A DNA stretch of 64,000 nucleotides, taken from assembly GCF_009914755.1 (NCBI RefSeq), contig NC_060925.1; one strand, given 5' to 3'. This DNA is from the human T2T-CHM13v2.0 reference genome, Homo sapiens. The notes beneath the pieces are model-generated. The model searched no databases and was not told the DNA's origin. It saw only the letters and a program-made list of their open reading frames with translations. Of this stretch, positions 33,320 through 54,399 are shown piece by piece. The translations under genes were made by a program, and so were the position numbers. Every line of letters begins with the position of its first letter. The stretch's first letter is position 1.

Positions 33320-33320
<1 letters not shown>
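32400..33320 (+). mobile_element. L1M ORF1 remnant joined to an L1MC-type 3' end
   Basis: ORF1-like TGAAGGAGAAATAAAGACTTTCTCAGACAAACAAAAATTGAG. 3' end TTTTCTGTAAACCTAAAA. Confidence 0.65.
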
Positions 33321-33644
<324 letters not shown>

Positions 33645-33671
33645 ACAAATTCCTCTTGAAAGATTAAAAAT

Positions 33672-33981
33672 GGCCAAACCCTGTGGCTCACGCCTATAAT
33701 CTTAACACTAGAAAGCTGAGGTGGGAGGATTGCTTGAGGCCAGGAGTTCAAGTCCAGCCTGGGTTACACAGCAAGATCCCTGTCTCTATATAAAAAAAAA
33801 AAATACACAAATTAGCCAGGCGTGGTGGGGACTAAAATTAGCTACTTAGGAGGCTGAGGCAGGAGGATGGCTTGAGCTCAGGAGGTTGAGGCTACAGTGA
33901 ACTATGATTGTACCACTGCATTCCAGCCTGGGTGACAGAACTGGATTCTGTCTCTAAAAAGTTTAAAAAAATTAAAAAAAG
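33672..33981 (+). mobile_element. AluJ
   Basis: GGAGGATTGCTTGAGGCCAGGAGTTCAAG. TSD AAAGAT(T/A)AAAA. Confidence 0.88.
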
Positions 33982-34779
33982 ATAAAAACTATTAAGAAAT
34001 AAGTTTAATTTTTTTACAATAAAAATACCTATTTAGAGACAAAACTGATACTTAGGGAATGGTAAGGGTAAAAATAAAGCATTAATTGCCTGTATAATTT
34101 TTTAATACTCTAATTCAGCTCAGCTTCTACCAGAAACCAAAAAAAATAGTTAAGAAGAATATTTTCAAAGCCTGTTATTTATTTTTTTAACTACATTTTA
34201 GCTTCATCACCTGGGTGAAGTCAGAATGTGTTGAGAACTTTCCTGTGGGTCACTATGTTCCCACACAGATGATGCAATAGAAAAATAGCAGACCGGCAAG
34301 GGAAATGATTAGACTTTGTTATTGCAAAGAGAATTTTTGTTTGACCATATAATATGCTGGTAATTAGACCTTGCACCCCAGGATCTCACAGCTGTCTTTC
34401 TGCTATCTAATTTTTCTCTGTCAGAATCTTAGAGACATTGTAGACACATTGAAGACTTCTTTTAAACAGCATTCACGTATGAATCCTTGCATTTGGAACC
34501 TTGCTGTGCTGATATGATTCAAAAGGGCAAATGCAGAGAAAATTATTGAACTGAAGAGCCTAGAGTCAGCACAATCATGAAGTAGGTGAATTGGCATCTT
34601 TCTACTCCATTTCTTTACCTCTCCTCATTTCCACGTCTTTCACGGTATTTACATTGTGGTCTTTATCTTCAGAGCATTGGGGAGAAGATGAAATGTTTTA
34701 ATTGGGATGGGTGGTGACATCATATTTACATTTTAATAAATCATTCTGGTGAAAAACAGGTCAGAAAGAGGCAAAAATG

Positions 34780-35464
34780 AATGTGGGTTTGTATGGGTCT
34801 GCAGCAACCTCAATTCTTGCCTTGTCAGAAGAAAGAATTAGACTGAGGGGCACTAGGCAGAGTGAGAGACCAAGGCAAGTTTTAGAGCAGGAGTGAAAGT
34901 TTATTAAAAAGCTTTAGAGCAGTAATGAGAGGACGTAAAGTATACTTGGAAGAGGGCCAAGCAGGCAATTTGAGAGATCAGGGCACGGTTTGACCTTTGA
35001 CTTGGGGTTTTATACCTTGCCATGCTTCCAGCGTCTTGTGTACCTTCTCTCCTATTCTTGCCTTGGGGTGAGCTATCCACATGCACAGTGTCCTGCCAGT
35101 GCTTCGGAGGGGAACATGTGCAATGCGTTTACTGTATTTGTATGCATGCTCACTTAAGGCATTCTTCCTTTACCAGCTGAATGTTCCTAGAAGGTCATAT
35201 GCCAGTTAAACTCTGTCATTTTGCATGCTTGAGCCCACTCCCCAACTCCTGGGATCCTATTGGAAAGCTGCTGATCACCAGTTTCAGGTTTATTCTATCT
35301 ATTGGAAGACTGCCTTTCCCTGCCACTGGCTGCAACCAATTATTATTTTAGAAATACAATGTAACAACCACCTGACCATCACCTGATGGTCACTTGACAT
35401 TCCTGGTGGTGGTGGGGAGTCCTCCCCTGACTTGCTTATGACTGATTAGCTACTTACTGTGGCA
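34780..35464 (-). mobile_element. ERV1 solo LTR (MER50-like)
   Basis: GGGTCTGCAGCAACCTCAATTCTTGCC...AAGTTTATTAAAAAG...CCTGACCATCACCTGATGGTC...GCTACTTACTGTGGCA. Confidence 0.8.
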
Positions 35465-36042
35465 GGTTGACCTATTAGGAGGCAGTTATAGTCTTGTAGA
35501 TGAAAGATGACATCTTCCTTTCTAAGCATATCTGCCTTTGAAGAGTTAATAATCCCCTCATTCAAAGGAAGGGGGTAGAATTCCAGATATCTTTATGAAT
35601 GAAGCACTATGACTCTTCAGAGAAGATATTTGAGAGTAACTTTTAAGAAGGAGATTACATCTGAATAATATCTTAGAGTGAGTTGATAGAGGCTAAGGAC
35701 ATTTCAGGTGGAGGGTACAGCATGAACAAAAGCAAACCGTATTCATAGAATGATGAGCTGCACGGTTCGGGTGGAATTTAGAATGCCTAAAAGAAAGTTT
35801 AGAATATGAGACTGAAATGAAATGTGAAACCAGATTGTGGCCAATCACAATACTAGGCCTAGATTGTCAAGCTCATACTTTGTCATGAAAAGACCAATGA
35901 AGCGTTTAAAATAAGAAATAGCATGTGCAGAGCAGTGGTATATAGAGATGGGGAATTTTTTTTTCAGTTTAAGATGATGTTACTCACATGGTTGTGCCTC
36001 ATCCCTAGAGATCTTGAATTAATTGGTCTAGAAGTATGCATT

Positions 36043-36582
36043 TCTTTTTTTAATTTTTACTCTTTAATAAAAATTGTATATATATGCAACATGATGTTTT
36101 CATATACATATACAATTGTGATATGATTACTACAATCAAGTTAATATATTCATTTTTGTGCTTGTGTGTGATGAGAACTCAAGATCTACTCTCTTAGCAA
36201 ATTTTCAATATAATGCAGTATTATTAACTATAGTCACCATGCTGTACATTAGATCTCTAGAACTTATTCATCCTACATAACTGAAACTTTGCACATTTTG
36301 ACCAACATATCCTTATCTCTGCCTCCCGCCCACCCCTGGCAACCACCTTTCTACTCTCTGTTTCAGTAAATTTGATTTTTAAAGATTCTGCACATAAGTG
36401 AAATCATGCCGTATTTTTCATTCTGGGTAATGTCCTTCAGGTTGGTAATCCCTTTATTCAAAGGAAGAGGGTAGAATTTCTGATATTGTTACAAATGAAG
36501 TGCTATGAATATTCAGAGGAGACACTTGAGAGTAAATTTTAAGGAAATGACATTTGAATAATATCACTTAGCATAATGTCCT
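36043..36582 (-). mobile_element. L1MA 3' end carrying a templated copy of flanking DNA at its 5' junction
   Basis: Antisense L1MA 3' UTR to about 36443, then a copy of 35545-35672, then CACTTAGCATAATGTCCT. Confidence 0.8.
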
Positions 36583-36952
36583 GGAGTACATTTATCTGCT
36601 TACAAGTGTGAATCCCAATGACAGACGTATGATGTGCTTCATTAACAGCTATGTAGTACAGGCCCAGTTTTATCTACCAGAAAACCTTGGCCTTTTTTCA
36701 CATCAAGTTGTGCTACAGTCAGTTTAGAAAATGACACTTGCATTGTGGAGTGGAAGTTGAGGAGCCAGTGAGTTACATTAATTTATACACTTATTGCTGT
36801 CATAGTCATGACATTTTGTATATACCCCTTCATATTCTACAGTAAAAAATTTGTCCATGACCTGAAAATTACGTTCTCTGCTTCCTCTCTCTCACTTATT
36901 TCACTTGTCATCTTCAGTTAGGGCCCAATGTATAGTGTATCCAGCATAGACC

Positions 36953-37167
36953 TGTGGTTCCCAAATGCAGGTGCCCATGAGAATGCCCTGTGTAACTTTT
37001 TTAAAAATGTAGAGTTCCAGGTCCTATCCCAGATCTGTTAAATTAAAATGTCCAGAGGGGGTGCCAAAGTGAACACACACACACATATATGCACACCCAC
37101 AGACATCACACAGGCACATACACTTCACTGAGGGCTCTAAAGCATATCTGTGACTAAGAAACACTGA
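36953..37167. mobile_element. MER5-like hAT MITE
   Basis: TGTGGTTCCCAAA...AAGAAACACTG termini and a MER5-like body. Confidence 0.55.
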
Positions 37168-38154
37168 CATTCACCATTTCTACTTGAATTTTTAAGGTGT
37201 CTCATTTAGAGAAACCCACTCTGGTGGTCTCTTAATATAAATTATAATGTTTAAGGAGTAATTACTGAGTTTAATTTTACCTATCAGCACTACCATTTTA
37301 TTCCTGATTTCTTCAGGAAACTCTCTCAAATATTAATGCATTGAATTGTGTAGTCTTCCTAATATTAATAGAGTCCCTCTGACTAGCAAGTTTTCTCATA
37401 TTTAGATGTTGAAAAAGTAAATTTTCTGCAGAGCTTTTGGGTAATCTTGGCAATTTGAGAAATTAAGTCATTTTTTTAAGTCAAGGTGATTATAATCCAA
37501 TTATATTATCATCACCGAAGAGTGAAAGTGAAAGCAGAAGGATGATGTCATCATCACTGTGTGAGGTCAGGAAATTAATTATGCCTTTCACAGTTCAAAC
37601 ATTATGAAGTAAACAGATTGTCCAAGATGTCAACACTTTCTCCTTTCTAAATTAAAAAATCTGGAAGGTTCTCAGTGTTCTCTCAGGCATGCATTTGAAG
37701 AATTGTCACTTTACTTTTTCTGTTCCATCCCAGGATTCTGGTTAAGTCTGAAGTGGATTCACTCACCCAAGGCAAGGCAACTTTATCTGTCCTGTGAGTA
37801 AACTTCCAAAAGTCACTGCATTTCACGCTGCACTGCAAACTAACAACCTTACCTCCTTTCTTACTTTTACATTTTTATTCAGGTTTCATACTATTTTAAG
37901 CCTGAATTACATCTCTTAGGGAAAGAAATGTCCTCACAAAAGTTGGAGCTGATTACCTGGTGTTTGTTTTTTGTGGCTTCCTCCTGAGTGTGAAGTATTC
38001 TGATCCCATTCAACCATGTGCCAAGTGCAGTAAACGATACATGTGATAAATATTTTCATCTTTCTTGTCCAAGTTGTACTTTAATGTATTATACTATGTT
38101 ATAAGATTTGCTTTGAATGACATTTATTTTTGGTGGGACAAAAATATATCACTT

Positions 38155-38790
38155 CATTTTTTATTAATACATTATAATTGTACATATTTATGGGGTGTCT
38201 GTAATATTTTGATACATTTATACAATCAGTAATGATCAAAATAGGACATTTAGGATATTCGTCGCCTCAATTATTTATCATTTCTTGTGTTGGAAAAGTT
38301 CCAAATCTTCTAACTATTTTGAAATATACAATAAATTATTGTTAACTATACTCGCCCTATGATGGTATCAAACACTTTAACTTACTCTTTCTATCTGACT
38401 ATATTTGTGTCCCCATTATCCAATCTCTCTTATCTCTTCCTCACCCCTATTTTTCCCAACGCCTGGTAACCATCCTTCTCTACCTCCATGAGATCAAATT
38501 TTTAGTTCCCATATGTAAATGAGAACGAGATATTTGTCTTTCTGTGCCTGGCTTATTTCACTTAATATAATTACCTCCTAATATAATTACCTCCTAATAT
38601 AAGTTCCACCTATGGTGCTGCAAATGACAGGATTTCATTCTCTTTTACAGCTGAATAATATTTTATTGCATATATCTACCATGTTTTCTTTATCCATCCA
38701 TTCATTGATGAACACTTAGGTTGATTCCATACCTTGACGATTGTGAATAGTGGCTGCAATAAACGTGGTGATGCAGATATGTTTTTTTTC
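38155..38790 (-). mobile_element. L1MA 3' end with a 16-bp tandem repeat (38563-38602)
   Basis: Antisense L1MA 3' UTR. TAATATAATTACCTCC x2.5. Confidence 0.82.
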
Positions 38791-39285
38791 ATTCTATGTC
38801 CAGCAGATTTGTAAAAAAAAATATTGAGATAAAATATACACATATAATTTACCATCTTTAGCATTTTCAATTATATAGTTCAGTGGTAATAAACCCATTT
38901 CTTTTCTCTCTTCTCCTTAATTATTCCTTCCCCTTCTCTTTCCTGGCTTTTGGTAACCATCAGTTTAACCTCTATCTTTGTGAGATCCACCATTTATTTT
39001 AGCTCCCACGTATGAGTGAGAACATGTGATATTTGTCTTTCTGTTCTTCGCTTATTTCACTTAACATAATGGCCTCCAGTTACATCCATGTTGCTGCAAA
39101 TAATACGATTTTATTCTTTTATGGCTGAATAATATTCCATTGTGTGTATGTACCACATTTTCTTTACCCGTTCATCTGTTCATGGGCACTTAGATTGATT
39201 CTCTATCTTGGCTATTATGAACAGTGTTGCAGTTAACATGGAAGTGGAGATATCTCTTTGATATACTTATTTCCTTTCATATATG

Positions 39286-39289
<4 letters not shown>

Positions 39290-39320
<31 letters not shown>
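39290..39320 (+). repeat. (CA)n microsatellite
   Basis: About 15-16 CA units. Confidence 0.95.
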
Positions 39321-39322
<2 letters not shown>

Positions 39323-39741
39323 AGGACTGAGATTGCTGGATCATACGGTATTTATGTTTTTAGTGTTTTTGAGGAACCTCCATACCATTTTCCATAATAG
39401 CTGTATTAAGTTACATTCTTACAAATGATATATAAGAATTTCCTTTTCTCTTTATCAGCACTTTTAATTTTTTGTATCTCTGATAATAGCCATTTTAACT
39501 GGTATTGAGAGGATATCTCACTGTTGTTTTGATTGGCATTCCCTTTACGATTAGAGATGTGGAGTATTTTTCATATACTTGCTGTCCATTTTTATGTCTT
39601 CTTTTCAGAAATGTCTGTTCATATCATTTGCCCATTTTTTAGTCAGATTACTTATTTGCTGATGTTGAGTTTCTTATATAGTTGACCCTTGGACAACATG
39701 GATTTCAACTGCACAGGTCCACTTATATTTGGATTTTTTAA

Positions 39742-42943
<3,202 letters not shown>

Positions 42944-43435
42944 CTTTAAGTTAGGCATGTCACAAGTGCATAAAATACATGCAGATACTAGTGTATCTTA
43001 TCATTAACTACCATAAAATATACACAAATCTACTGTAAAACGTTAAAATGCATCAAACTTTACACAAACACTTATAGACTGTACATAGCACCATTCACAT
43101 TCTAGAGAAATGTCAAGAAACATAAAAATGTGGTATGAAATCATAACTGCATAAAGTTACCTATAGTACATGCTCTACTACTGTAATAATTGTGTACCTA
43201 CCTCCTGTGGCTATTGCAGGTAGCTCAAGTATTGCGAGTATCCTCTTAAAATATCTTGTGACACTAATCACCTCCACATAAGCCATCTGACTCTCTAGTA
43301 AATTGCATATCACAGTAAAAATGATCTCTCTAAATTCTTGCATTTTTTATCATGTTTAATGCAATACCTTAAATGTTGAATAACACCATGGGACCCATAC
43401 AAAGTACTACTAGTGATACTGGAAGTGCTTTCAAG

Positions 43436-45010
43436 AAGTGAAATCATGACATTACAAGGAAAAGTTGATTTGCATGATATGTGCCATAAATTAAGGTCTG
43501 CAGCTGTAGTTGGGCACCATTTCAAGATAAATGAATCTCACATAAGGACTGTTGTAAACGAAAGAAAGGAAAGAAAAGAAAAGGAAACTTGTGAAGCAAT
43601 CTCTGCAGCTATACCAGCAGGCACAAAATCTTTGTGCTTTTTTTGAAATGCCTTTGTGTTGTATATTGAAAATGCCATTTGTATGTGGGAGCAAGATTGC
43701 TGTAAGAAAGCCATACCTAACAACTCTAATACGATTTGTGAAAAAGCAAACTTATGACATGACAACTTGAAGCAAGAGGAAGGCGAAGGATCAGAAGTTG
43801 GAGAATTTAATGCCAGCAAAGGGTGATCTGACCATTTTAGAAAGAGGTTTGACTTTTAAAATATCAAGATAATAGGAGAAGCCACTTCTGCCAACCAAGA
43901 GGCAGATGATTCCTAGACATGATTAAGAAGATCATTGAGGAGAAAGGATATATGTCTGAAAAGTGAAGACAAAAATGTCCTATTCTGGAAAAAAAAATGC
44001 CACAAGGTACATTAATTAGTAAGGAAAAAAAAGTGAGCACCAAGATTTAAGATAGGAAGGGATAGGCTAACTCTACTGTTTGTGCAAATGAAGTAGGGTT
44101 TATGATCAGGACTGCCCTTATCTATAAAAGTGCTAAACCCCTAGACTTGAAGGGAAAAGATAAACACCAGCTGCCAGTCTTTTGGTTGTACAACAAGAGG
44201 GCCTGGACAGTGAGAACTGTTATTCTAATTGGTTTCATCTGTGCTTTTTCGCTGAAGTCAGGAAGTAAAGTACCTTGCCAGTAGGGGATTGCTTTTTAAA
44301 ATTCTTCTGATAGACAATGCCCCTAGCCACCCAGAACCCCACGAGTTCAACATAGAAAGTCTCTTAGTTGTCTTGCTGCCCTCAAACACAATATGTCTAA
44401 TTCAGCATCTGGATCAGGGGGTCATAAAGGCTTTTAAGATTCACTACACATGGTACTCTATGGAAATGAATGTCAATGCTTTGGAAGGGAAACCCAATAG
44501 AGTCAACATCATGAAAGTCTGGAAGGATTACAGCATTGAAGATGCCATCGTTGTTATAGAAAAAGCCGTGAAACCCCTCAAGCCCAAAACAATAAATCCC
44601 TGCTGGAGAAAGCTGTGTCCAGATGTTCTGCATGACTTCACAGGATTTATAACAGAGTCAATAAGTGAAATTATGAAAGTGATTGTCAATATGGCAAAAA
44701 AGTTGGAGAGTGAAGTGTTTCAGTATATGGATCTTGGAGAAATTCAAGAGCTAATAGACACTACGCAGGAGACAACTTGCTGGAAATGAATGCTTCCAAA
44801 CAGTGCCAGAAGATGAGGGGAAAGACGTAAAAGAAACGGTAGCAAAGACCAAACTGATATTAGAAAATCAGGCGAAAAGGTTTTGATTACTCAATACTGT
44901 CTTTTTTTTTTTTTTTTTTTTTTAACAACATGGACGCTTCTATGACATGAGCATTGAAACCAAAGCAAACAGTGGAAAAAGAATTGGGAAGCTATAGAAA
45001 CATCGATGGA
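43436..45010 (+). pseudogene. Decayed pogo/Tigger transposase (CENP-B HTH + DDE domain)
   Basis: ORF 43413..43646 (AAVVGHHFKINESHIRTVV, HTH-like) and ORF 44289..44789 (KILLIDNAPSH, LIQHLDQGVIKAFK). Multiple stops and frameshifts. Confidence 0.88.
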
Positions 45011-46969
45011 GAAATGAAAAAGCAAAAATGTCAGGCAGAAATTGTGATGTGTTTCCCTAAAGTTACACTAAGTGTGACTGCCTCTCCTGCATTGCCTTCC
45101 ACCTTTTCAACCTCTTCCACCTCCTCCACCGCTGAGACAGCAAGACCGACCCCTCCTACTCCTCTTTTTCCTCAGCCTATTCAACATGAAGATGAGGAGG
45201 GTGAAAACCTGTATGATAATCTACTTCCACTAAACAAATAGTAAATATACTTTCTCTTCCTTATAATTTTCCTGACATTTCCTTTTCTTTTGTTTATTAC
45301 AAGAACACAGTACATAAAACATACAACATACAAAATATGTATTAGTCAACGGCTTATGTTACTGGTAAAGTCAACAATAGGCTATTGGTAGTTAAGTTTT
45401 CAAAAGTTATACACTGATTTTTTACTGTGGAGGGTTGAGTCAGTGCTCCTAATCTGCATGTTGTTCAAGGGTTAGATATATATTTTGGTTATTAATACCT
45501 TGTCAGATGGGTAGTTTACAGTTTTTTTCTCCCATTTTGTAGGTTGTCCCTTCACTATGATTTTTTTGTTTGTTCATTTGTTTTGTTTTTGTTTGTTGTT
45601 TGTTTGTTTTGCTTTTGCTATGGAGAAGCATTTATGCATGATAGGCTCCCATTTGCCTATTTTTGCTTTCATTGTCTGTGCTTTTCAGATCTGACCAAAA
45701 GAATATTTGCTCAGACCAATGTCCTGGATCATTTTCCTAGTGTTTTCTTCTAGTAGTTTTATAGTTTCAACTCACACTTAAGTCTTTTATCTACTTTGAT
45801 TTGATTTTTATATGGTGAGAGATCTGAGTCTAGTTTTATTCTTCTGCATATGGATGTATAGTTTTCTCAGGAAAACTATATAATATTTATTTTTATCTAT
45901 TAAGGAGACTGTCTTTTACACAATATATGTTTTTGGTATCTTTGTTTAAAATGAGTTGGCTGTAAATGTGTGGGTTTACTTCTGGTTTCTCTATTCCATC
46001 CCATTGGTCTATGCCTCTGTTTGTATGCCAGTACCGTGCTGTTTTGGTTTGTAGTATATTTTGAAATCAGGTAGTGTGATCCCTCCAGCTTTGTTCTTTT
46101 TGTTCAGGATTGCTTTGGCTTTTCAGAGTCTTCTGTGGCTCCATACAAATTTTAGGATTGTTTTATCTATTTCTATAAAGAATATCATTAAAATTTTGAT
46201 AGGGATTGCACTGAATCTATAGATTACTTTGGGTAGCATGGATATTTTAACAATATTAGTTCTTCCAGTTCATGAATATGGGATACCTTTCTAATTTTTT
46301 GGTGCCCTCTTCAATTTCTTTCATCAGGTTTTTTTTGTAGCTGTTGTACATGGGATTTCTTTCTTGATCTCTTTTTCAAATTGTTCACTGTTGGCATATA
46401 GAAGTGCCACTGTTTTTCATATGCTGATTTTTGTATGCTTAAATTTACTAAGTTTGTTTATCAGTTCTAACAGTTTTCTTGTGGACTCTTTAGATTTTTC
46501 TAACTATAAGATTGCGTTGTCTGCAAACAAGGACAGTTTGACTTCTTGCTTTCCAATTTCAATGCCTTGTATTTCTTTCTTTTGCCCAATTGTTCTGGCT
46601 AGGACTTCCAGTACTATGTTGAATAAAACTGGTGAAAGTTGGTGTCCTTGTCTTTTTCCTGATCTTAGAGAAAATGCTTTCAATTTTTCCCTGTTTAGCA
46701 TAATGTTAACTATGGTTTTATTACATGTGACCTTTATTATTTTGAGGTATGTTTCTTCATACCAAGTTTGTTGAGAGTTTTTATTATGAAGAGATGTTGA
46801 ATTTTAACAAACACTTTTCAGCATATATTGATGCTGTGATATTGTTTTTGTTTTTGATTCTACTAATGTGAATATTATGGTTTTTGATTTGCATATGTTG
46901 AACCATCCTTGCATCTCTGGGATGAATCCCACTTGATCATGGTGAATTATCTTTTTAATGTGTTGTTGA

Positions 46970-47322
<353 letters not shown>

Positions 47323-48943
47323 ATCAGGGATATTAATCTGTAGTTCTCTTTTATTGTTGTCTGCTTATCTAGTTTTGGTGTCAGGGTAATGCTTGCCTTC
47401 CTAGAATGAGTTTGGAAGTATTCTCTCCTCTTTTTTTTTCTAATAATTTAGGAAGAAGTGATATTAGATCTTCTTTAAATGCTTGATAGAATTCAGCAGG
47501 GAAACCATCAGGTCTGAGCTTTTTATTTTGATGGGAGACTTTTTATTACTGCTTTGATCTTGTTACTCACTAATAATCTGCTCAAGTTTTCTATTTCTTC
47601 ATGATTCTATCTTGGTATGTTATCCATGTCCAAAAATTCATCCATTTCCTATAGGTTTTCCAATTTGTTGGTGCTTAGAAGTTCATATAGTCTTAATGAT
47701 CCTTTCCTTGGTTTTGGTTTCTGTACTTTTGGTGTAGTGTTTTGTTTTTGTCTCTGATTTATTTATTTTGCTCTCTTTTTTTAGTCTCACTAGTGATTTG
47801 TCAACTTGGTTTATCTTTTCAAAAAATATAATTTTTATTTTGCTGATCTCTTGCATTTTTAGTCTCAATTTTATTTATGTATGCTCTGATCTTCATTATT
47901 TCTTCTTTTCTAATTTTGGGTTTGGTTTGTTCTTGCTTTTCTAGTTCATTGAGGTACATTGTTAGGTTGTTAATTTGAAGTCTTTCTACTTTTTTGGTGC
48001 AGGCATTTATTGCTATATACTTTGCTCTTAGTACTGCTTTGCTATATCCCATTGGTTTTGGTATGTGTGTTTCCATTTTCACTTATTTCAAGAATTTTTA
48101 AAATGTCCTTCTTAATCCTTTCATTGACCCATTGGTCATTCAGGAGCATGGTGTTTAATTTCCATGCATTTGTACCATTTCCCAGGTTCCTCTTGTTATT
48201 AATGTCTAGTTTTATTTCATTGTGGTCAGAAGAAGATACTTGACATGATTTGACTTTTCTTGAATTTGTTAAGATTTGTCTTACAGCCTAAAACATGGTC
48301 TAACCTGGGGAATGTTACATTTGCTGATAAGAAGAATGTGTATTCTGCAACAATTGAATGAAACATTCTGTAAATGTCAGTTAGTCCTTTTGATCTAGAA
48401 TGTACTTTAATGTTTCTTTGTCAATTTTTTATATGGATTATCTCTCCATTGCTGAAAGTGGGGTGTTAAAGTCCTCCTACTGTTATTGTATTGTAGTCTC
48501 TCTCTTCCTTTAAATCTATTAATAGTTGCTTTATGTATTTCAGTGTTATGGTGTTGTGTGCATATATATATATATATTTGTGATTATTGTATCCTCTTGC
48601 TGGATTGAATCCTTTATTACTATATAATGACCTTCTTTGTCTCTTTTTACAGTTTTTGACTAGAACTCTACTTGGTCTAAGTGTAGCTGCTCCTGCTCTT
48701 TTTTGGTTTCCATTTGTGTAGAATATCTTTTCCATCCCTTCACTTTCTATCACTTTATTTTATAAGGTTAAGTACAGCACAAACAAAGGAAGGATGGAAG
48801 GGATTTCTAAACATGAACTTCTGTGAAGATCAGAATATTTTAATATACTCAGTACATGACATTATACTTGAACCTTATTTATTTACTTAAGTACAGATTT
48901 CTATTTGTTTTATACTTCTTAGAATTTCATCTTTTTGGTTACC

Positions 48944-49225
48944 TTTAATTTTTATTATTTTAGATTCAGGGGTTATATGGGCAGGTTTGTTACATGGTTA
49001 TATTTGCATGATGTTGAGGTTTGGACTTCTAGTGGTTTCATCACTAGAATCTAGTAGTGAACGTATTACCAGATATGTAGTTTTTCAGCCCTTGCCCTCC
49101 TCCCTTCCTCCCACTTTTGGAATTTCCAGTGTTTGTTGTTCCTATATTTGTGTCCACATGTACTTAATGTTTAGCTCCCACTTCTAAGTGAGAACATGCA
49201 GTATTTGGTTTTCTGTTTTTGCATT
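48944..49225 (-). mobile_element. L1PA15/16-like 3' end
   Basis: TTTTAGATTCAGGGGTTATATGGGCAGGTTTGTTACATGG...AAGTGAGAACATGCAGTATTTGG. Confidence 0.8.
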
Positions 49226-49621
49226 ATCACATCTTGTTTAAAACAACAGCTAAAATTGAGAGACCTACATTCAATGTGGATAACTATAGCAGTGACTTCA
49301 AAGAAAGAGGGTAGAATCTGGTAAACAATGTCTGAGAAGAATTAAATAATAGAGGGGGAACTTAGGAGTGAGGTGGAATAGGAGAATATGGTGTCCCAGA
49401 AGCCATGTAGGAGAGAGTTTTGAGAAAGAAGGAATGTTTATTAGTGTCTGAAGCTGCAGAGTGATTGAATAAGACGACAATTTACAAACACCCACTGAAT
49501 TTTCAACTAAGGTCAATGGTGATGTTAGACCAAACACTATCAGCAAAATATGGAGTCACTGTGTGATTCAAGGACAGAGGGGACACAAGGAAGTAGAGGT
49601 GATCACTATAGATTTCCTTTT

Positions 49622-53690
<4,069 letters not shown>

Positions 53691-53717
53691 GATTTCCTTT
53701 TAAAAAACTTAAATGAC

Positions 53718-54399
53718 AGTCCCACCAACAGTGTAAAAGTGTTCCTATTTCTCCACATCCTCTCCAGCACCTGTTGTTTCCTGACTTTTTAATGACTGTA
53801 AACTAGTTCAACCATTGTGGAAGACAGTGTGGTGATTCCTCAGGGGTCTAGAGCTAGAAATACCATTTGACCCAGCCATCCCATTACTGGGTATATACCC
53901 AAAGGAACATAAATCATGCTATAAAGACACATGCACACGTAAGTTTATTGCAGCACTACTCACAACAGCAAAGACTTGGAACCAACCCAAATGTCCAACA
54001 ATGATAGACAGGATTAAGAAAATGTGGCACATATACACCATGGAATACTATGCAGCCATAAAAAATGATGAGTTCATGTCCTTTGTAGGGACATGGATGA
54101 AGCTGGAAACCATCATTCTCAGCAAACTATCGCAAGGACAAAAAAACCAAACACCGCATGTTCTCACTCATAGGTGGGAACTGAACAATGAGAACACTTG
54201 GACACAGGAAAGGGAACATCACACACCAGGGCCTGTTGTGGGGAGGGTGTTTGGGGGAGGGATAGCATTAGGAGATATACCTAATGTAAATGACGAGTTA
54301 ATGGGTACAGCACACCAACATGGCACATGTATACATATGTAACAAACCTGCACGTTGTGCACATGTACCCGAGAACTTAAAGTATAATAAAAATTAAAA
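53718..54399 (+). mobile_element. L1PA (PA4/5-like) 3' end with an 80-nt 5' inversion
   Basis: Antisense 53716-53795, then sense GACTGTAAACTAG... to polyA. TSD AAAAAACTT(AA/CG)ATGAC at 53702-53717 and 54400-54415. Confidence 0.93.

Noticed and set aside
44289-44789. DDE ORF as a domesticated TIGD-like gene
   Set aside because: Lies inside a TIR-bounded Tigger2 with many stops and frameshifts.
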